Positions 33,840 to 44,018 of a DNA stretch of 64,000 bases are shown here, in pieces. Position 1 is the stretch's first letter; every line of letters starts with the position of its first letter. The DNA is from Gemmatimonadota bacterium (GTDB lineage: Bacteria; Gemmatimonadota; Gemmatimonadetes; Palauibacterales; KS3-K002). The DNA is taken from positions 1 to 64,000 of the forward strand of contig JBDHJS010000008.1 in the NCBI GenBank assembly GCA_039586795.1, written 5' to 3'. The position numbers were made by a program, and so were the translations under genes. Below the pieces are notes generated by a model. It was not told the origin of the DNA, did not search any database, and saw only the letters and a list, made by a program, of their open reading frames with translations.

Positions 33840-34294
33840 CAGCGACGAAGGTAAGCGACCAGACCTTCGAGCGCGAGGATATAGCTGTCGCCACCGAAGC
33901 CGGCGACGAGGCCGACAGCGATATCGGAGAGGTGTGAATGGTGCCGGAACGGCTCTCGTGCGAAGACGTTGCTGATATGGACCTCGACAAAAGGAACTTC
34001 GACCGCTGAAAGGGCATCGCGGATCGCCACGCTGGTATGTGTGTATCCGCCGGCATTGACGAGCAGTCCGTCGCAGCGTCCGGACGCATCCTGAATCCAG
34101 TCGACCAGCTCGCCTTCGATGTTGGATTGGTAGACCGAGATCCTGACGCCGAGCCGGGTGGCCCGTTCGGAAATGCGGGAGTTGATCGACTCCAGATTCT
34201 CCTGACCGTAGGTCTCCGGCTCCCGCGACCCCACCAGGTTGAGGTTAGGGCCGTGGACGACGCCAACGGTCAGGTTCTGAGACCCTTCAGCCAC
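33839..34294 (-). CDS. aroQ: Type II 3-dehydroquinate dehydratase
   Basis: [31 protein letters not shown]. Confidence 0.96.
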   Translation of the reverse strand: MAEGSQNLTVGVVHGPNLNLVGSREPETYGQENLESINSRISERATRLGVRISVYQSNIEGELVDWIQDASGRCDGLLVNAGGYTHTSVAIRDALSAVEVPFVEVHISNVFAREPFRHHSHLSDIAVGLVAGFGGDSYILALEGLVAYLRR

Positions 34295-36759
34295 TCCTGG
34301 AACTGATCGAGGTCCTCGTCATCGCCCCCGGAGCGCGAGTCGCTCTCTGAGGGCTCGGCCTGGGCTCCATCAACAGTCGGTTCTTCTGTGGTGGCAGGTG
34401 GTGCGGTCTCTGCCTTACCCTGCCCCGGCTTGTAGGTGAGCAGTCCGGACAGATAGTCCTCGATGCTCGGGATGGACACCGCCTCTGGTTGCTCCGCCGT
34501 GGCATCCGGAGCGACGGGCTCTATTCCAACGGGCTGCAGTCCCAATGGCTCGTCGTCTGCCGGCGCGGTTTCGGCCGGTTCCAGCTCCACGGGCTCGACG
34601 TCCCTTATGTCCGCTATCGGATCGATACCGGCGGACTCGCTGGGGGTCTGGAGCGATACCGGTTCAGCGAGTGACGGCTCTGGAGGCAGCTCGGAGTCGG
34701 TCGGCTCGACGACTCCGAACTCCGGCTCAGGATCCAAAGTGATGGGAACAGGATCGGGCTCGGGAGGTGGTTCGAAGGCGATAGGTTCGGCCACCGCCGG
34801 GACAGGCTCGGGTTCGGTCGGCTCGGGCGGTTGGACGAACTCGATTTCGCTCGGTTCGGGTTCTGCCTCGAACACGCCAGGCCCCGCCGGCGTCGGCTCG
34901 GGAATCGGCTCGGGTTCCGATTCGAGCTGGATCGGTTCCGTGGGCGTCGGCTCGGGGACGGGCTCCGGTTCGGCCTCGAACGCGAAGGGCTCGGCCGGCA
35001 TTGGCTCGGGAGCCGGTTCGGGTTCTGCGGCCGGTACCGCCTCGGCGGGCTCAGTAACCTCCCAGTCCTCAGTGGCAACGGCTGCCGCTTCGGCAGCTGG
35101 CGCTGGAGCTGCCGGTTCTGCCTCGGGTACCTCGGGCATTCCCACCTCATCTGGCTTCGCCATGACTTCGAACGAAGCGGCGAACGGATCGAGATGCTCG
35201 AAGCCTGCGACCGGGGCCTCGTCTTCGAACGCGAAGTCTCCGGAGATTGCAACCGCCGGCTCCGGCGTTGCGGTCTCAGTCGTCTCTTCGGCAAAAGTCG
35301 GCTCGGTGACGGCGACCGGTTCCGGCGCCGCAGGCTCAGGCGGCGGTGTGGGCTCAGGAGCTTCTGGCGCGGCTGCCACGGGCTCGGGTTCAGCCCCGGC
35401 ATCCGTTTCGGCCGGGGCGCGGGGCTCTGTCAGCTCGAGGAGATCACCCAGGCCGAAGCTGTCAGAAGCCGAGTCTGTATCCTGCTCGACCCGCTGCTCC
35501 AGTTCGGTGATCCGGGCGGCGATTCGTTCATCGCCGGGACGGCTCTCGGCTAGCTCGCGATAGACGCGAAGAGCTTCATCGAACAGCCCCTGGTCCACGT
35601 ACAACTCGGCCATCGTCTCGGTGACCAATCCCTTACCCGCGGCAGGCACCTCGGGAGACTTCAGATCGGTCGGTCCTTCGCTGGACGGCGTCCCCGACGC
35701 AGCGGATCCCACGAAGTCGATGGAGAAGTCGCCATCTCCTTCGAGGCCGCCTTCTACGGGCGCCGGTTCCGCTTGCTCGCCGGCGGGTGCATCACCCTCC
35801 ATGAAGCCGGGCGTCCAGTCATCCATGCCCTCCAAATCGAAATCCAGGCCATCACCCTCGCCCAGCAAATCGAACGCGGGGTCGGCGGCCGCCAGGCCAT
35901 CGAGCGTGGATTCCGTGAAGACATCGCTCCCCTCAGTTCCGGCAGGCGTCGCGTCCGGCTCCGCCGCCAGACCTCCGACCTGCGCCGCCGCATCATCCGC
36001 TGAGTCATCCCAGGGCATGGCGGCCTCGCCAGTTGGCGGCCGATCTCCCAAGAACTCCTTATCGGCGAGCTTGGATGCGCTTTCGACCTCCGGATCCTGA
36101 GCGACTTCGTCATCGGTGCGGCTCATCGTCTCCTTATTGACGAGGCCCTCCACCATGTCCAAGCCCTCAACCGGCCCGAGTTCGTCCGTACCCTTGACCT
36201 CGATCTCCGCCGCAGCAGCATCTACATCGAGGCTACGTTCGATGTCGTCTGCGAATTCTTCTATCTCGAACGTCTCCTCTGGGGCAGCTGCTTCCTCTTG
36301 CGCCGGTGGCCCGGCAGTCGGTGCTGGCTCTGCCTCCGGCTCGCCGCCGGCGTCCACCGCCGCCAGGCCTTCCTGAGCCTGCTCGTTCCGAGGATCGATC
36401 GCCAGAATCCTCTCGTACCATGCACGAGCGCTATCGAGCTGGCCTTCCTCAAGGGCCAGGTCGCCCAGCGCCCTCAGCGCGATGAGGTTTTGTGGATCGA
36501 GGTCGAGAACCTTGCTGAATTGCTCATGCGCCTCGGCGTACCGCCCGGAGTCCAGATAGATCCGCCCGAGTACGTTGTGACCGCTGATGTAGGTGGGGTG
36601 CATCTTGAGGCCGTGCAGTACGAGGCCCTCTGCCTTCGCGAAATCCCCAAGCTTACGATACGCGTCCGCCAGGTGCGCGAAAACCAATCCGTCGGGGTTC
36701 TCGGCATAGCGCTGTTCGAGCTGCTCGAGCTCCTGCAGGAGGTCGTTTTCCGGGGGCAT
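34270..36759 (-). CDS. TPR protein with long acidic/Pro-rich disordered regions
   Basis: N-terminal TPRs ([12 protein letters not shown]...LGRIYLDSG), internal [17 protein letters not shown]-rich tail, C-terminal [12 protein letters not shown]. Confidence 0.85.
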   Translation of the reverse strand: MPPENDLLQELEQLEQRYAENPDGLVFAHLADAYRKLGDFAKAEGLVLHGLKMHPTYISGHNVLGRIYLDSGRYAEAHEQFSKVLDLDPQNLIALRALGDLALEEGQLDSARAWYERILAIDPRNEQAQEGLAAVDAGGEPEAEPAPTAGPPAQEEAAAPEETFEIEEFADDIERSLDVDAAAAEIEVKGTDELGPVEGLDMVEGLVNKETMSRTDDEVAQDPEVESASKLADKEFLGDRPPTGEAAMPWDDSADDAAAQVGGLAAEPDATPAGTEGSDVFTESTLDGLAAADPAFDLLGEGDGLDFDLEGMDDWTPGFMEGDAPAGEQAEPAPVEGGLEGDGDFSIDFVGSAASGTPSSEGPTDLKSPEVPAAGKGLVTETMAELYVDQGLFDEALRVYRELAESRPGDERIAARITELEQRVEQDTDSASDSFGLGDLLELTEPRAPAETDAGAEPEPVAAAPEAPEPTPPPEPAAPEPVAVTEPTFAEETTETATPEPAVAISGDFAFEDEAPVAGFEHLDPFAASFEVMAKPDEVGMPEVPEAEPAAPAPAAEAAAVATEDWEVTEPAEAVPAAEPEPAPEPMPAEPFAFEAEPEPVPEPTPTEPIQLESEPEPIPEPTPAGPGVFEAEPEPSEIEFVQPPEPTEPEPVPAVAEPIAFEPPPEPDPVPITLDPEPEFGVVEPTDSELPPEPSLAEPVSLQTPSESAGIDPIADIRDVEPVELEPAETAPADDEPLGLQPVGIEPVAPDATAEQPEAVSIPSIEDYLSGLLTYKPGQGKAETAPPATTEEPTVDGAQAEPSESDSRSGGDDEDLDQFQEWLKGLRT
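34852..35028 (-). repeat. Coding 54-bp (18-aa) tandem repeat, three units plus a partial
   Basis: [18 protein letters not shown] / [18 protein letters not shown] / [18 protein letters not shown] / AEPEP. Confidence 0.8.
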
Positions 36760-36820
36760 GCAGCGTACTCCCTGGGGCGGATGGTTTTCAAGGACATCTG
36801 AAGGCAGGGGAAGTGCTGCA

Positions 36821-36850
36821 AATATAGTCAGGTCAAGGCGTTAGTGTCAA
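36821..36850 (-). promoter_or_regulatory. Sigma70-type promoter upstream of the TPR-aroQ-pepP-efp-accBC gene run
   Basis: TTGACA-18 nt-TATATT. Confidence 0.75.
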
Positions 36851-36999
36851 CGCTACTCCGCGCCCAGCGACCCTCATCTGACCGGATTCGGGCCCTCTCT
36901 CAAGAGTGGCATTTTCCGCCTTCCCGGCTAGATTCAGTGCACTTCAAACCTCAGTTTGCTTGAGCGATACAGCCACGCAGAAGGAGAAGGACTGGCTAT

Positions 37000-38808
37000 A
37001 TGCTTCGCGCGATGCGTAGGAACACCAAGATCATCATGCTGGTCGTAGCCCTGGCCTTCGTTGGCCTGATGGTCTTCCAGTGGGGGATGGACATCTCCGG
37101 ACAGAGCAATCCGCAGGTGTTGGGTGAGGTCGGCCGCGTCAACGGCACGCCGATTAGTTATCAAGCTTACAATCAGACGTACCGGGCGCTCACCGACCAG
37201 GCTCGTCAGCAGAAGGGGCAGGCGCTGAACGATCAGGAGATCGATTACCTCGGCGAGCAGGCGTGGAACCAGCTGGTGACGCGGATCCTGGTGGACCAGG
37301 AGCTGGCCCGGATGGGAATCACGATCACCGACGAGGAAGTCCGGATAGCGTTTGAGACTAGCCCACCGCCGTGGCTGATGAACAACGAGCTCTTCCAGAC
37401 GGGCGGCGAATTCGACTACAACAAGTACCGCGACTTCTTCTCCGGCTCAGCGGATCCGATGTTGCTGCGTCAGATTGAGGAGTACTATCGCGACATCTTG
37501 CCGCGCACGCGGCTGATGGAATTGGTGGGCAGCGGCATCTATGTAGCGGACTCGGAGTTGTGGGCGATGTACCGAGACCGGTCGGAGCAGGTCCAGGTGA
37601 ACTACGTGGTTCTGGACCCGGAGCTAATGATTGCGGACAACGAAGTGACGGTGACGGAGGAAGATCTTCGTCGCTATTACGACGAGCACATCGAGGACTT
37701 TCGCCAACCGGAGACGGCGGAGGTCACGATGGTGCAAGTCTCCCGCCAACCCAGCCCAGGAGACTCGGCTGCAGCGCTGGCGGAGATTGAGCGACTGCGC
37801 GATGAGCTGCTCGGGGGCGCTGACTTCGCAGAGCTAGCGTCCGAGCACAGCGCGGACCCCGCCTCGGCAGTGGAGGGTGGCGATCTGGGCTGGTTCAACC
37901 GCGGCCAGATGACGCCGGTATTCGAAGAGACAGCGTTCGCGCTGGAACCGGATGAGATCTCGGAGCCGATCCTCACCAATTTCGGGTATCACATCATCAA
38001 GCTCCACGAGAAAGAGGCGGAGCGAGCGCACGCATCGCACATCCTGATTCCGGTCGATCTGGGAGGCCAGAGCGAGGACGATCTGCTAGCTGCCGTCGAT
38101 CGAATGGAACTGATCGCGATGCAGCAGGGTCTCGACGCAGCGATCGATTCACTGCAGATGGGATTCGTTTCGGTCTCGCTGAGTAAGGAAAGCGATTTCG
38201 TGCCCGGCATGGGCGCGTTTCCGCCGGCGATCACCTGGGCTTTCCATGACTCGACGTTTGTGGGAGACCTGAGCCCGGTCTACGAGACGAACCAGGGTTT
38301 CGTCGTCTTCGAGCTCAAATCACGCGCCGACGAGGCGTACCTGGCATTTATAGACGCGGAGCCGTCCCTCCAGCGGCGCTTGCTTCAGGAGAAGAAGGTG
38401 GAGACGGCGGGCTGGCAGGCAAACGAGATGGCTGATCAGCTGCGGGCAGGCGCCACACTGGAGTCGGTGGCAGCGGAACTTGGTCAGACCGTGCAGACAA
38501 GTCCGTTGTTCACGCGCCTCGAGTTCGTGCCTGGGCTGGGTCAGAACAACGACGTTGTCGGTACCGCGTTCGGCCTGGAGCGAGGCGAGGCAGCGGGCCC
38601 GATCCTATCGGACAATCAGATCTTCTTCGTAGAGCTGGTGGCGCGAGTCCCGGCCAGCCGGGAGGCGTTCGACGCGGGCAAGGAGAGCCTGCGCGCGCAG
38701 TTGTCGCTTCAGCGGGAGCAAACGGCGATCGAGGCCTGGCTGCAGGATCTGCGGGAGATGGCGAAGATCGAGGATTATCGGGATCAGGTTTTCGTCCCGC
38801 GAAGCTGA
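37000..38808 (+). CDS. PpiD/SurA-like parvulin peptidylprolyl isomerase
   Basis: N-terminal TM, SurA_N region, [12 protein letters not shown]...GGDLGWF...FGYHII. Confidence 0.9.
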   Translation: MLRAMRRNTKIIMLVVALAFVGLMVFQWGMDISGQSNPQVLGEVGRVNGTPISYQAYNQTYRALTDQARQQKGQALNDQEIDYLGEQAWNQLVTRILVDQELARMGITITDEEVRIAFETSPPPWLMNNELFQTGGEFDYNKYRDFFSGSADPMLLRQIEEYYRDILPRTRLMELVGSGIYVADSELWAMYRDRSEQVQVNYVVLDPELMIADNEVTVTEEDLRRYYDEHIEDFRQPETAEVTMVQVSRQPSPGDSAAALAEIERLRDELLGGADFAELASEHSADPASAVEGGDLGWFNRGQMTPVFEETAFALEPDEISEPILTNFGYHIIKLHEKEAERAHASHILIPVDLGGQSEDDLLAAVDRMELIAMQQGLDAAIDSLQMGFVSVSLSKESDFVPGMGAFPPAITWAFHDSTFVGDLSPVYETNQGFVVFELKSRADEAYLAFIDAEPSLQRRLLQEKKVETAGWQANEMADQLRAGATLESVAAELGQTVQTSPLFTRLEFVPGLGQNNDVVGTAFGLERGEAAGPILSDNQIFFVELVARVPASREAFDAGKESLRAQLSLQREQTAIEAWLQDLREMAKIEDYRDQVFVPRS

Positions 38809-38834
38809 GTTATTCGGGGATTACGAGATTCAGC

Positions 38835-38870
38835 TTCGGGGCGTCGGGGATTGTGTACCGACGCCCCGAA
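38835..38870. terminator. 13-bp perfect hairpin between convergent genes, possible bidirectional terminator
   Basis: ttcggggcgtcgg / ccgacgccccgaa with a 10-nt loop; no U-tract. Confidence 0.55.
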
Positions 38871-38906
38871 TCTCGTAGAACAACGAACCTCCGAATCCCA
38901 GAACCC

Positions 38907-39203
38907 CTACAGCATCATCCTTGCCACGTAAGCCACCACGAGCACGCCTGCTGCACTGAACAGGTTCACATTAAGGACCAGAGGTCCCAGTGTGATGGCG
39001 ATAACCAGCAGGTCGACGCTGACGGGGCCGACACTTGCCGATACGGTCGTGGTGAAGAACTCGCGGAAAGGCCCCTCGGGGATGAACCAAAGGGAGAGCT
39101 TGGTGAGAAGCGCTCCGAGTATGAACCCCAAGGCGAGGATGGTGGCGACACGCCACGGTGATCGGGCGCTGGGTCGAACGAGTAGTCCGTCTCCTCGAGT
39201 CAC
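38907..39203 (-). CDS. DUF4321-like small membrane protein
   Basis: LGFILGALL...PVSVDLLVIAITLG...NVNLFSAAGV. Confidence 0.7.
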   Translation of the reverse strand: MTRGDGLLVRPSARSPWRVATILALGFILGALLTKLSLWFIPEGPFREFFTTTVSASVGPVSVDLLVIAITLGPLVLNVNLFSAAGVLVVAYVARMML

Positions 39204-40228
39204 AGTCTCCGCTCAATCGCGTAGTTGACCGCCTCGGCAAGCGCCGCGGCAGCGGGTGAGTCAGGCAAGCCCTCTAACTGCTTCAACGCTTGATCTGCGA
39301 ACTCTCGAGCCTTTGCACGCGCGTACGTCATTCCGCCGCGGGCGGCGGTCGCATCGACGACACGCTGGATAGTCTTGTCGTCGGGCTCGGGGTCGGCAAA
39401 CAGCGCGTTCACTGCCAGTCGCTCTTCACGATTGAAATCTGGCAGCGCGGCTATCAGCGGCAGTGTAACCTTGTGTTCACGAAGATCCTGTCCGGTCGGT
39501 TTGCCCGTTACGTCTTCGTTGCCGTGGTAGTCCAGCATGTCGTCGGCAATTTGGAATGCCATCCCGAGCGCAAACCCGTACGACCTCAAGCTGTCCCTGT
39601 ACTTTGGATCGCCGACCATGGTGCCCAATTCGCAGGCTGCCGACATCAGTGCCGCCGTCTTGGCACTGATCAGCCTGTAGTAATCCTCTTCCGTGAACGC
39701 CAGCGAGTCGTGCATGGCAAGCTGCCGCATCTCGCCGATCGTCATCGTATTCGCCGCCTCGGCCAGCACTCTGATCACGTCAACTCGTTCCAAGCGCGCC
39801 ATCTCGAGGACGGAACGCGAATACAGGAAGTCGCCCATGATTATCGCGACCTGGTGGCCCCAGACAGAATTGACCGTCGGCATACCGCGGCGCAGCACCG
39901 AATGATCGACGGCATCGTCATGCACGAGGGTAGCCAGGTGAACGGCTTCGACCACCGCTGCCAGGAGTAGCGCCTCGCGACTTGGCCGGTCGCCGATCTC
40001 GTTGCCGAGCAGCAACAAAGTCGGCCGGAAGAGCTTCCCCCGCTTGAGCAATAGGTAGTCGTTGACCTCGTTGATCAACTCGAACTCGTCCGCGACAAGT
40101 TCGCGCATCAACTCGAGGAGCCCATCCAGCCGTTCCCGCACCGGTTCCTGGATTCGGGCCAATTCAGGCAGCGCTGTTCGAACCATCGGCGATCTGTAAG
40201 AAGTCATCAGCTGCGCCAGCGGGCGCAA
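39200..40228 (-). CDS. Polyprenyl diphosphate synthase (IspB/HepT-like)
   Basis: GKLFRP, LVHDDAVD...RRG, FQIADDMLD, GKPTGQDLRE. Confidence 0.93.
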   Translation of the reverse strand: MRPLAQLMTSYRSPMVRTALPELARIQEPVRERLDGLLELMRELVADEFELINEVNDYLLLKRGKLFRPTLLLLGNEIGDRPSREALLLAAVVEAVHLATLVHDDAVDHSVLRRGMPTVNSVWGHQVAIIMGDFLYSRSVLEMARLERVDVIRVLAEAANTMTIGEMRQLAMHDSLAFTEEDYYRLISAKTAALMSAACELGTMVGDPKYRDSLRSYGFALGMAFQIADDMLDYHGNEDVTGKPTGQDLREHKVTLPLIAALPDFNREERLAVNALFADPEPDDKTIQRVVDATAARGGMTYARAKAREFADQALKQLEGLPDSPAAAALAEAVNYAIERRL

Positions 40229-40240
40229 TCCCGGCTGGAC

Positions 40241-40270
40241 ACTTTAGCTGCGATAATGGAGTCTTGTCAA
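40241..40270 (-). promoter_or_regulatory. Sigma70-type promoter upstream of the polyprenyl synthase
   Basis: TTGACA-18 nt-TAAAGT. Confidence 0.6.
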
Positions 40271-40283
40271 AGGGTGGGTTCGG

Positions 40284-42500
40284 CTACTCGCGGAGGGACG
40301 CCACGCGATCGGATACATCCTTGAAACTGACGTCACAACCCAGAACTCGCTCATACCACTCGAGGGCTCGCTCAATCTCGCCCAGCGCCTCGTAGGCCTT
40401 GCCCATAGCATAGAAGACGCCAACCAGATCCTCGTCTTTGTAGTCGCGCACCTGCAGCGCACGGCCAAGCACTTTCAGCGCGATGCGAAAGTCCTCCTTC
40501 TCCAGGAAGCAAGAACCAAGCATCTCGATGGCGCGCAGCCGGTATTCCATACCGCGAGCCGCTATCTGGAACTCGGCTATCGCCTCGTCGATCAGGCCCA
40601 TCTCCTTGAACGCCACGCCGAGGTCGTAGTGGCTGGTCGCGTCCTCTTCTTCGATGTTCTCGGCCACCTTCGACTTGAACTGGCTGAGCATCTCAGAGAA
40701 GTTGACGTCAGCCTCGCTTTCCGGGTCCGAGGTCGGAACTATGAATCGCGTACTCTTCTCTTCTTCGTGGTCAGCTACCAAAGATCCGAGGTCGACATAG
40801 TCGCCTGCCGCCTTGCCGTCCGACGAGTCGCCCGCTGAAGCCGCCGGTTCGGGGCCCAGCATCTCGATAGCCGCTGCGGCGCGGGGGTTCTGTGGATCGA
40901 GCTCGAGCACGCGGGAGTAGACGGCCACTGCCTTGTTGCCAGCGTCGGTACGGTCCAGACAGTCGGCGAGTCCCAAGTAGGCATCGATCAACGCGTTGCG
41001 ATCCGCAGCCTTCAAAGCAAGCTCTACCTGCTTCTGGTAGGCACTAACGTCGTTGACATCGAGACGAAGCATTTCTTCGAGAACTCGATACGCATCTCGG
41101 TATTCACCTTGCTGCTGATAGATGTCGACCGCCTCACCGAGACAAAACGTAGCTTTGTCGCGGCCTCCGGTTTCGAGCAGCGCTTCCGCCATCTCGACGA
41201 GCAAGCCCGGCTGACGACCTTCAACACTGATGCGTGCCTCGATCATCGCCACCCGCTCAGCGGGCGTCGGAGGCGTGATCGGTGGCAGCTCAGTTTCCTC
41301 TTCGACTTCTATCGCAGGCTCGAGATCCGTGGCGAACGCTTCCTCCAGGTCTTCGAGCGCCGGCTCACCTTCCTCGTCGACGAGCGTAGTCGGTTCGAGC
41401 TCCAAGCCGTCCGTCGTCAGCTCGATCCCTGGCCCATCATCGGGGAATCCGGCCTGCACGCTCTCCAGGTCGATCCCCTCCAGTTCGACATCGACGTCTC
41501 CCACTTTGGAGTCATTCACGTCGATACTGGTGGCTTCGAATCCATCGAGCTCGATATCCGGAGTATCGATCGAGGACGTCCCGAGCTCACCCGCTCCGTA
41601 GCCGGCGACCTCGAGATCGGCCTCCTGGATACTGTCCAGCTCGATCTCATCGCCACCGAGATCATCCAGGCCCAGTTCATCGACCTTGATATCGGCAAGC
41701 TCGGGACCGTCGGTCACTATTTCGACCTCTTCCGGTTCCTCCACCGCTTTGGTGACCGCCGGACCCTTCGCCGCCGGTTCAGGCTCGTCGTCGTACGGGA
41801 GAATCTCCGGCAATTCCAGGATACCTTCCGCATCCACCTCAGCACCTAGGCCACTGGTCGCACCAGCGGTCGGAGGGTCGACCTCGGGGTCCCGATTTGG
41901 CGCGAGCCCGACTATCCGGTCCCGTATTTCCTTCGCATCCGCCTCGCGGCCCTCATCGCTCAGGGAGAGCCACGCGAGCCGCATCTGGTCCACCGCTTGC
42001 ATCGTGCGGTCGTGTCCGATCAACTGCTCGGCGATCATCAAGCGTACTTCAGGGTCGGGGGAAATGTCGGCAAACTCGACAAGCGCCTTAAATGCCTCAT
42101 CGAGTTGACCGGCCTTCTGCATGCGCTCAGCGTACTCCAGGAAGTGACGCCTGGCATCCGAAAGGAACCCTTTCGCCGCCCCCACCTTCCCGAGTTTCAG
42201 GTAAGCCGAGTGTCTGTTCGGCTGGTTGCGTAGGATCTTGTTGCAGAGGGCGATGGCATTGTTGTAGAGACCGGCCGACAAGTGGCCGTCGGCCGCCTTG
42301 TCGTAGTAGTCCACCGCCTTGTTGACGTCGCCAATTCGACGATACAGATCACCGATACGATTGTACAGCGCCAAGTCCACAGCCTGACCGGCAAGCTCGT
42401 CCGATTCCACGGCAAGCTCGTACGCCTCGATCGCGCGCTTCCAGTTCTCGCGCTGCTCGAATCCTCTCGCCTGTTGTCTGTACCGAGCTCCGTTGCTCAT
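40284..42500 (-). CDS. Multi-TPR protein with acidic linker (SgmX-like architecture)
   Basis: N-terminal TPR block, D/E-rich linker, middle TPRs, C-terminal DATSHYDLGVAFKEMGLIDEAIAEFQ TPR block. Confidence 0.85.
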   Translation of the reverse strand: MSNGARYRQQARGFEQRENWKRAIEAYELAVESDELAGQAVDLALYNRIGDLYRRIGDVNKAVDYYDKAADGHLSAGLYNNAIALCNKILRNQPNRHSAYLKLGKVGAAKGFLSDARRHFLEYAERMQKAGQLDEAFKALVEFADISPDPEVRLMIAEQLIGHDRTMQAVDQMRLAWLSLSDEGREADAKEIRDRIVGLAPNRDPEVDPPTAGATSGLGAEVDAEGILELPEILPYDDEPEPAAKGPAVTKAVEEPEEVEIVTDGPELADIKVDELGLDDLGGDEIELDSIQEADLEVAGYGAGELGTSSIDTPDIELDGFEATSIDVNDSKVGDVDVELEGIDLESVQAGFPDDGPGIELTTDGLELEPTTLVDEEGEPALEDLEEAFATDLEPAIEVEEETELPPITPPTPAERVAMIEARISVEGRQPGLLVEMAEALLETGGRDKATFCLGEAVDIYQQQGEYRDAYRVLEEMLRLDVNDVSAYQKQVELALKAADRNALIDAYLGLADCLDRTDAGNKAVAVYSRVLELDPQNPRAAAAIEMLGPEPAASAGDSSDGKAAGDYVDLGSLVADHEEEKSTRFIVPTSDPESEADVNFSEMLSQFKSKVAENIEEEDATSHYDLGVAFKEMGLIDEAIAEFQIAARGMEYRLRAIEMLGSCFLEKEDFRIALKVLGRALQVRDYKDEDLVGVFYAMGKAYEALGEIERALEWYERVLGCDVSFKDVSDRVASLRE

Positions 42501-42747
42501 TCGATTCCCGACAGGTGTCTCTATGACGCTTGCCACCCAGCTACCGCCGGCTCCGACAAGCCGACAGCTGGCTGCAAGCTATATAAGATAAACAATCGCG
42601 CCGACTTTCAGCAGGCCACCCCACCTCCGTATCACCCAACCCCTCGACCGCCGCGCTAACCGGGGGAGTATAGAAGAGTACCCAACGCAGGTCCATATCC
42701 CGGCACCGTCTGTCTACACCCGACTCCAATATATGTTGCCGATCGCC

Positions 42748-43995
42748 CTAGAATACGCGGACGCCCTTCTTCCACACAGCAACGCAGTGGTTCGTCCCAT
42801 ACACGTATGGAATCATACGGTAGTCGGCGACGCCGAACGCCGCGACATCGGCTATCGCTCCCGGCTCCAGCGTTCCCCTGCCATCGTCGAGACGGAGGGC
42901 GGCGGCGCCGTTGCCTGTTGCCGCCACGACCGCTTCGGCCGGCGACATACCGAGCTTGCTGCAGGCGATGCTCATGACGACCTGGAGGTTGGGCGTCGGA
43001 GACGAGCCGGGGTTGAAGTCGGTGGCCAGAGCGACGGCGGCGCCGGCATCGATGAGCTGACGAGCCGGGGGGAAGTTATCCTTGCCGAGAAAGAAGAGGG
43101 TGCCGGGCAGCAAGGTGGCGACTGTAGGCGCGCCGGCGAGGGCCGCGATGCCATCCTGGGTGATGGCGCCGAGGTGGTCGGCGGAGGCGGCGTTGAATTC
43201 AACGGCCAGCTCAGCTCCGCCGCTGGACTCAAACTCGTCCGCATGGATTCTCGGTACCAGGCCGTAGTCAACAGCGGCTTCCAGAACTCGACGCGTCTCA
43301 TCCGGAGTGAACACACCCGGTTCGAGGAAGACGTCGCAATAGAGGGCGAGGCGGGATTCCGCGACGGCGGGAATCATCTGGGTCGCGATCAGTGTGACAT
43401 AGTCGTCGCGGCGATCTCGATACTCGGGTGGGAAAGAGTGGGCGCCAAGAAACGTGGGGACGATGTCTATCCACTCCTCGTTAGACAGGCGCTGGATGAC
43501 GCGCAACATCTTCAGCTCGTCATCTACGGTGAGGCCATAACCGCTTTTTATCTCAACAGTCGTTGTCCCATGCTCGAGGAGCATGCGGAGTCGCGGCAGG
43601 CTGAGCTCGGCGAGCTCGCTCTCTGATCTATCCCGGAGGTCGAGAACCGATGAATTGATGCCGCCGCCCCTCTGAGCGATCTCCATGTACGGGACGCCAG
43701 CGCAACGCATCTCGTACTCATCCAGCCGATAGCGCCCAAAGACTGTGTGCGTGTGCGAATCGACAAGTCCGGGCATAAGCACGTGGCCGGTCAGGTCCAC
43801 ACGATTTGCATCCGGATACCGTTTGGCCATCTCGCCGCGTGAACCGACAGCCTCGACGAGACCGTCATTCATGACGATCGCCCCGTCTTCCACGAGGCCG
43901 ATGTCGGACATGGCCTTGCGCCGTCGTGGTGCGGCACCGCCCGGGCAGGTCAGAACCTGCGTGGCTTCAAGGACCGTCCTTTCAGGAGCGCCCAT
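42748..43995 (-). CDS. hutI: Imidazolonepropionase
   Basis: PGLVDSHTH, GGGINSSV, EIKSGYGL, HADE, SADHL, ATDFNPGSSP. Confidence 0.95.
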   Translation of the reverse strand: MGAPERTVLEATQVLTCPGGAAPRRRKAMSDIGLVEDGAIVMNDGLVEAVGSRGEMAKRYPDANRVDLTGHVLMPGLVDSHTHTVFGRYRLDEYEMRCAGVPYMEIAQRGGGINSSVLDLRDRSESELAELSLPRLRMLLEHGTTTVEIKSGYGLTVDDELKMLRVIQRLSNEEWIDIVPTFLGAHSFPPEYRDRRDDYVTLIATQMIPAVAESRLALYCDVFLEPGVFTPDETRRVLEAAVDYGLVPRIHADEFESSGGAELAVEFNAASADHLGAITQDGIAALAGAPTVATLLPGTLFFLGKDNFPPARQLIDAGAAVALATDFNPGSSPTPNLQVVMSIACSKLGMSPAEAVVAATGNGAAALRLDDGRGTLEPGAIADVAAFGVADYRMIPYVYGTNHCVAVWKKGVRVF

Positions 43996-44018
43996 TCGTA
44001 GCTTTCGGTGTAGACTCT

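Noticed and set aside
30202..34294. aroQ-pepP-efp-accB-accC clustering as a novel system
   Set aside because: aroQ-peptidase-efp and aroQ-accBC linkages are well known in other bacteria.
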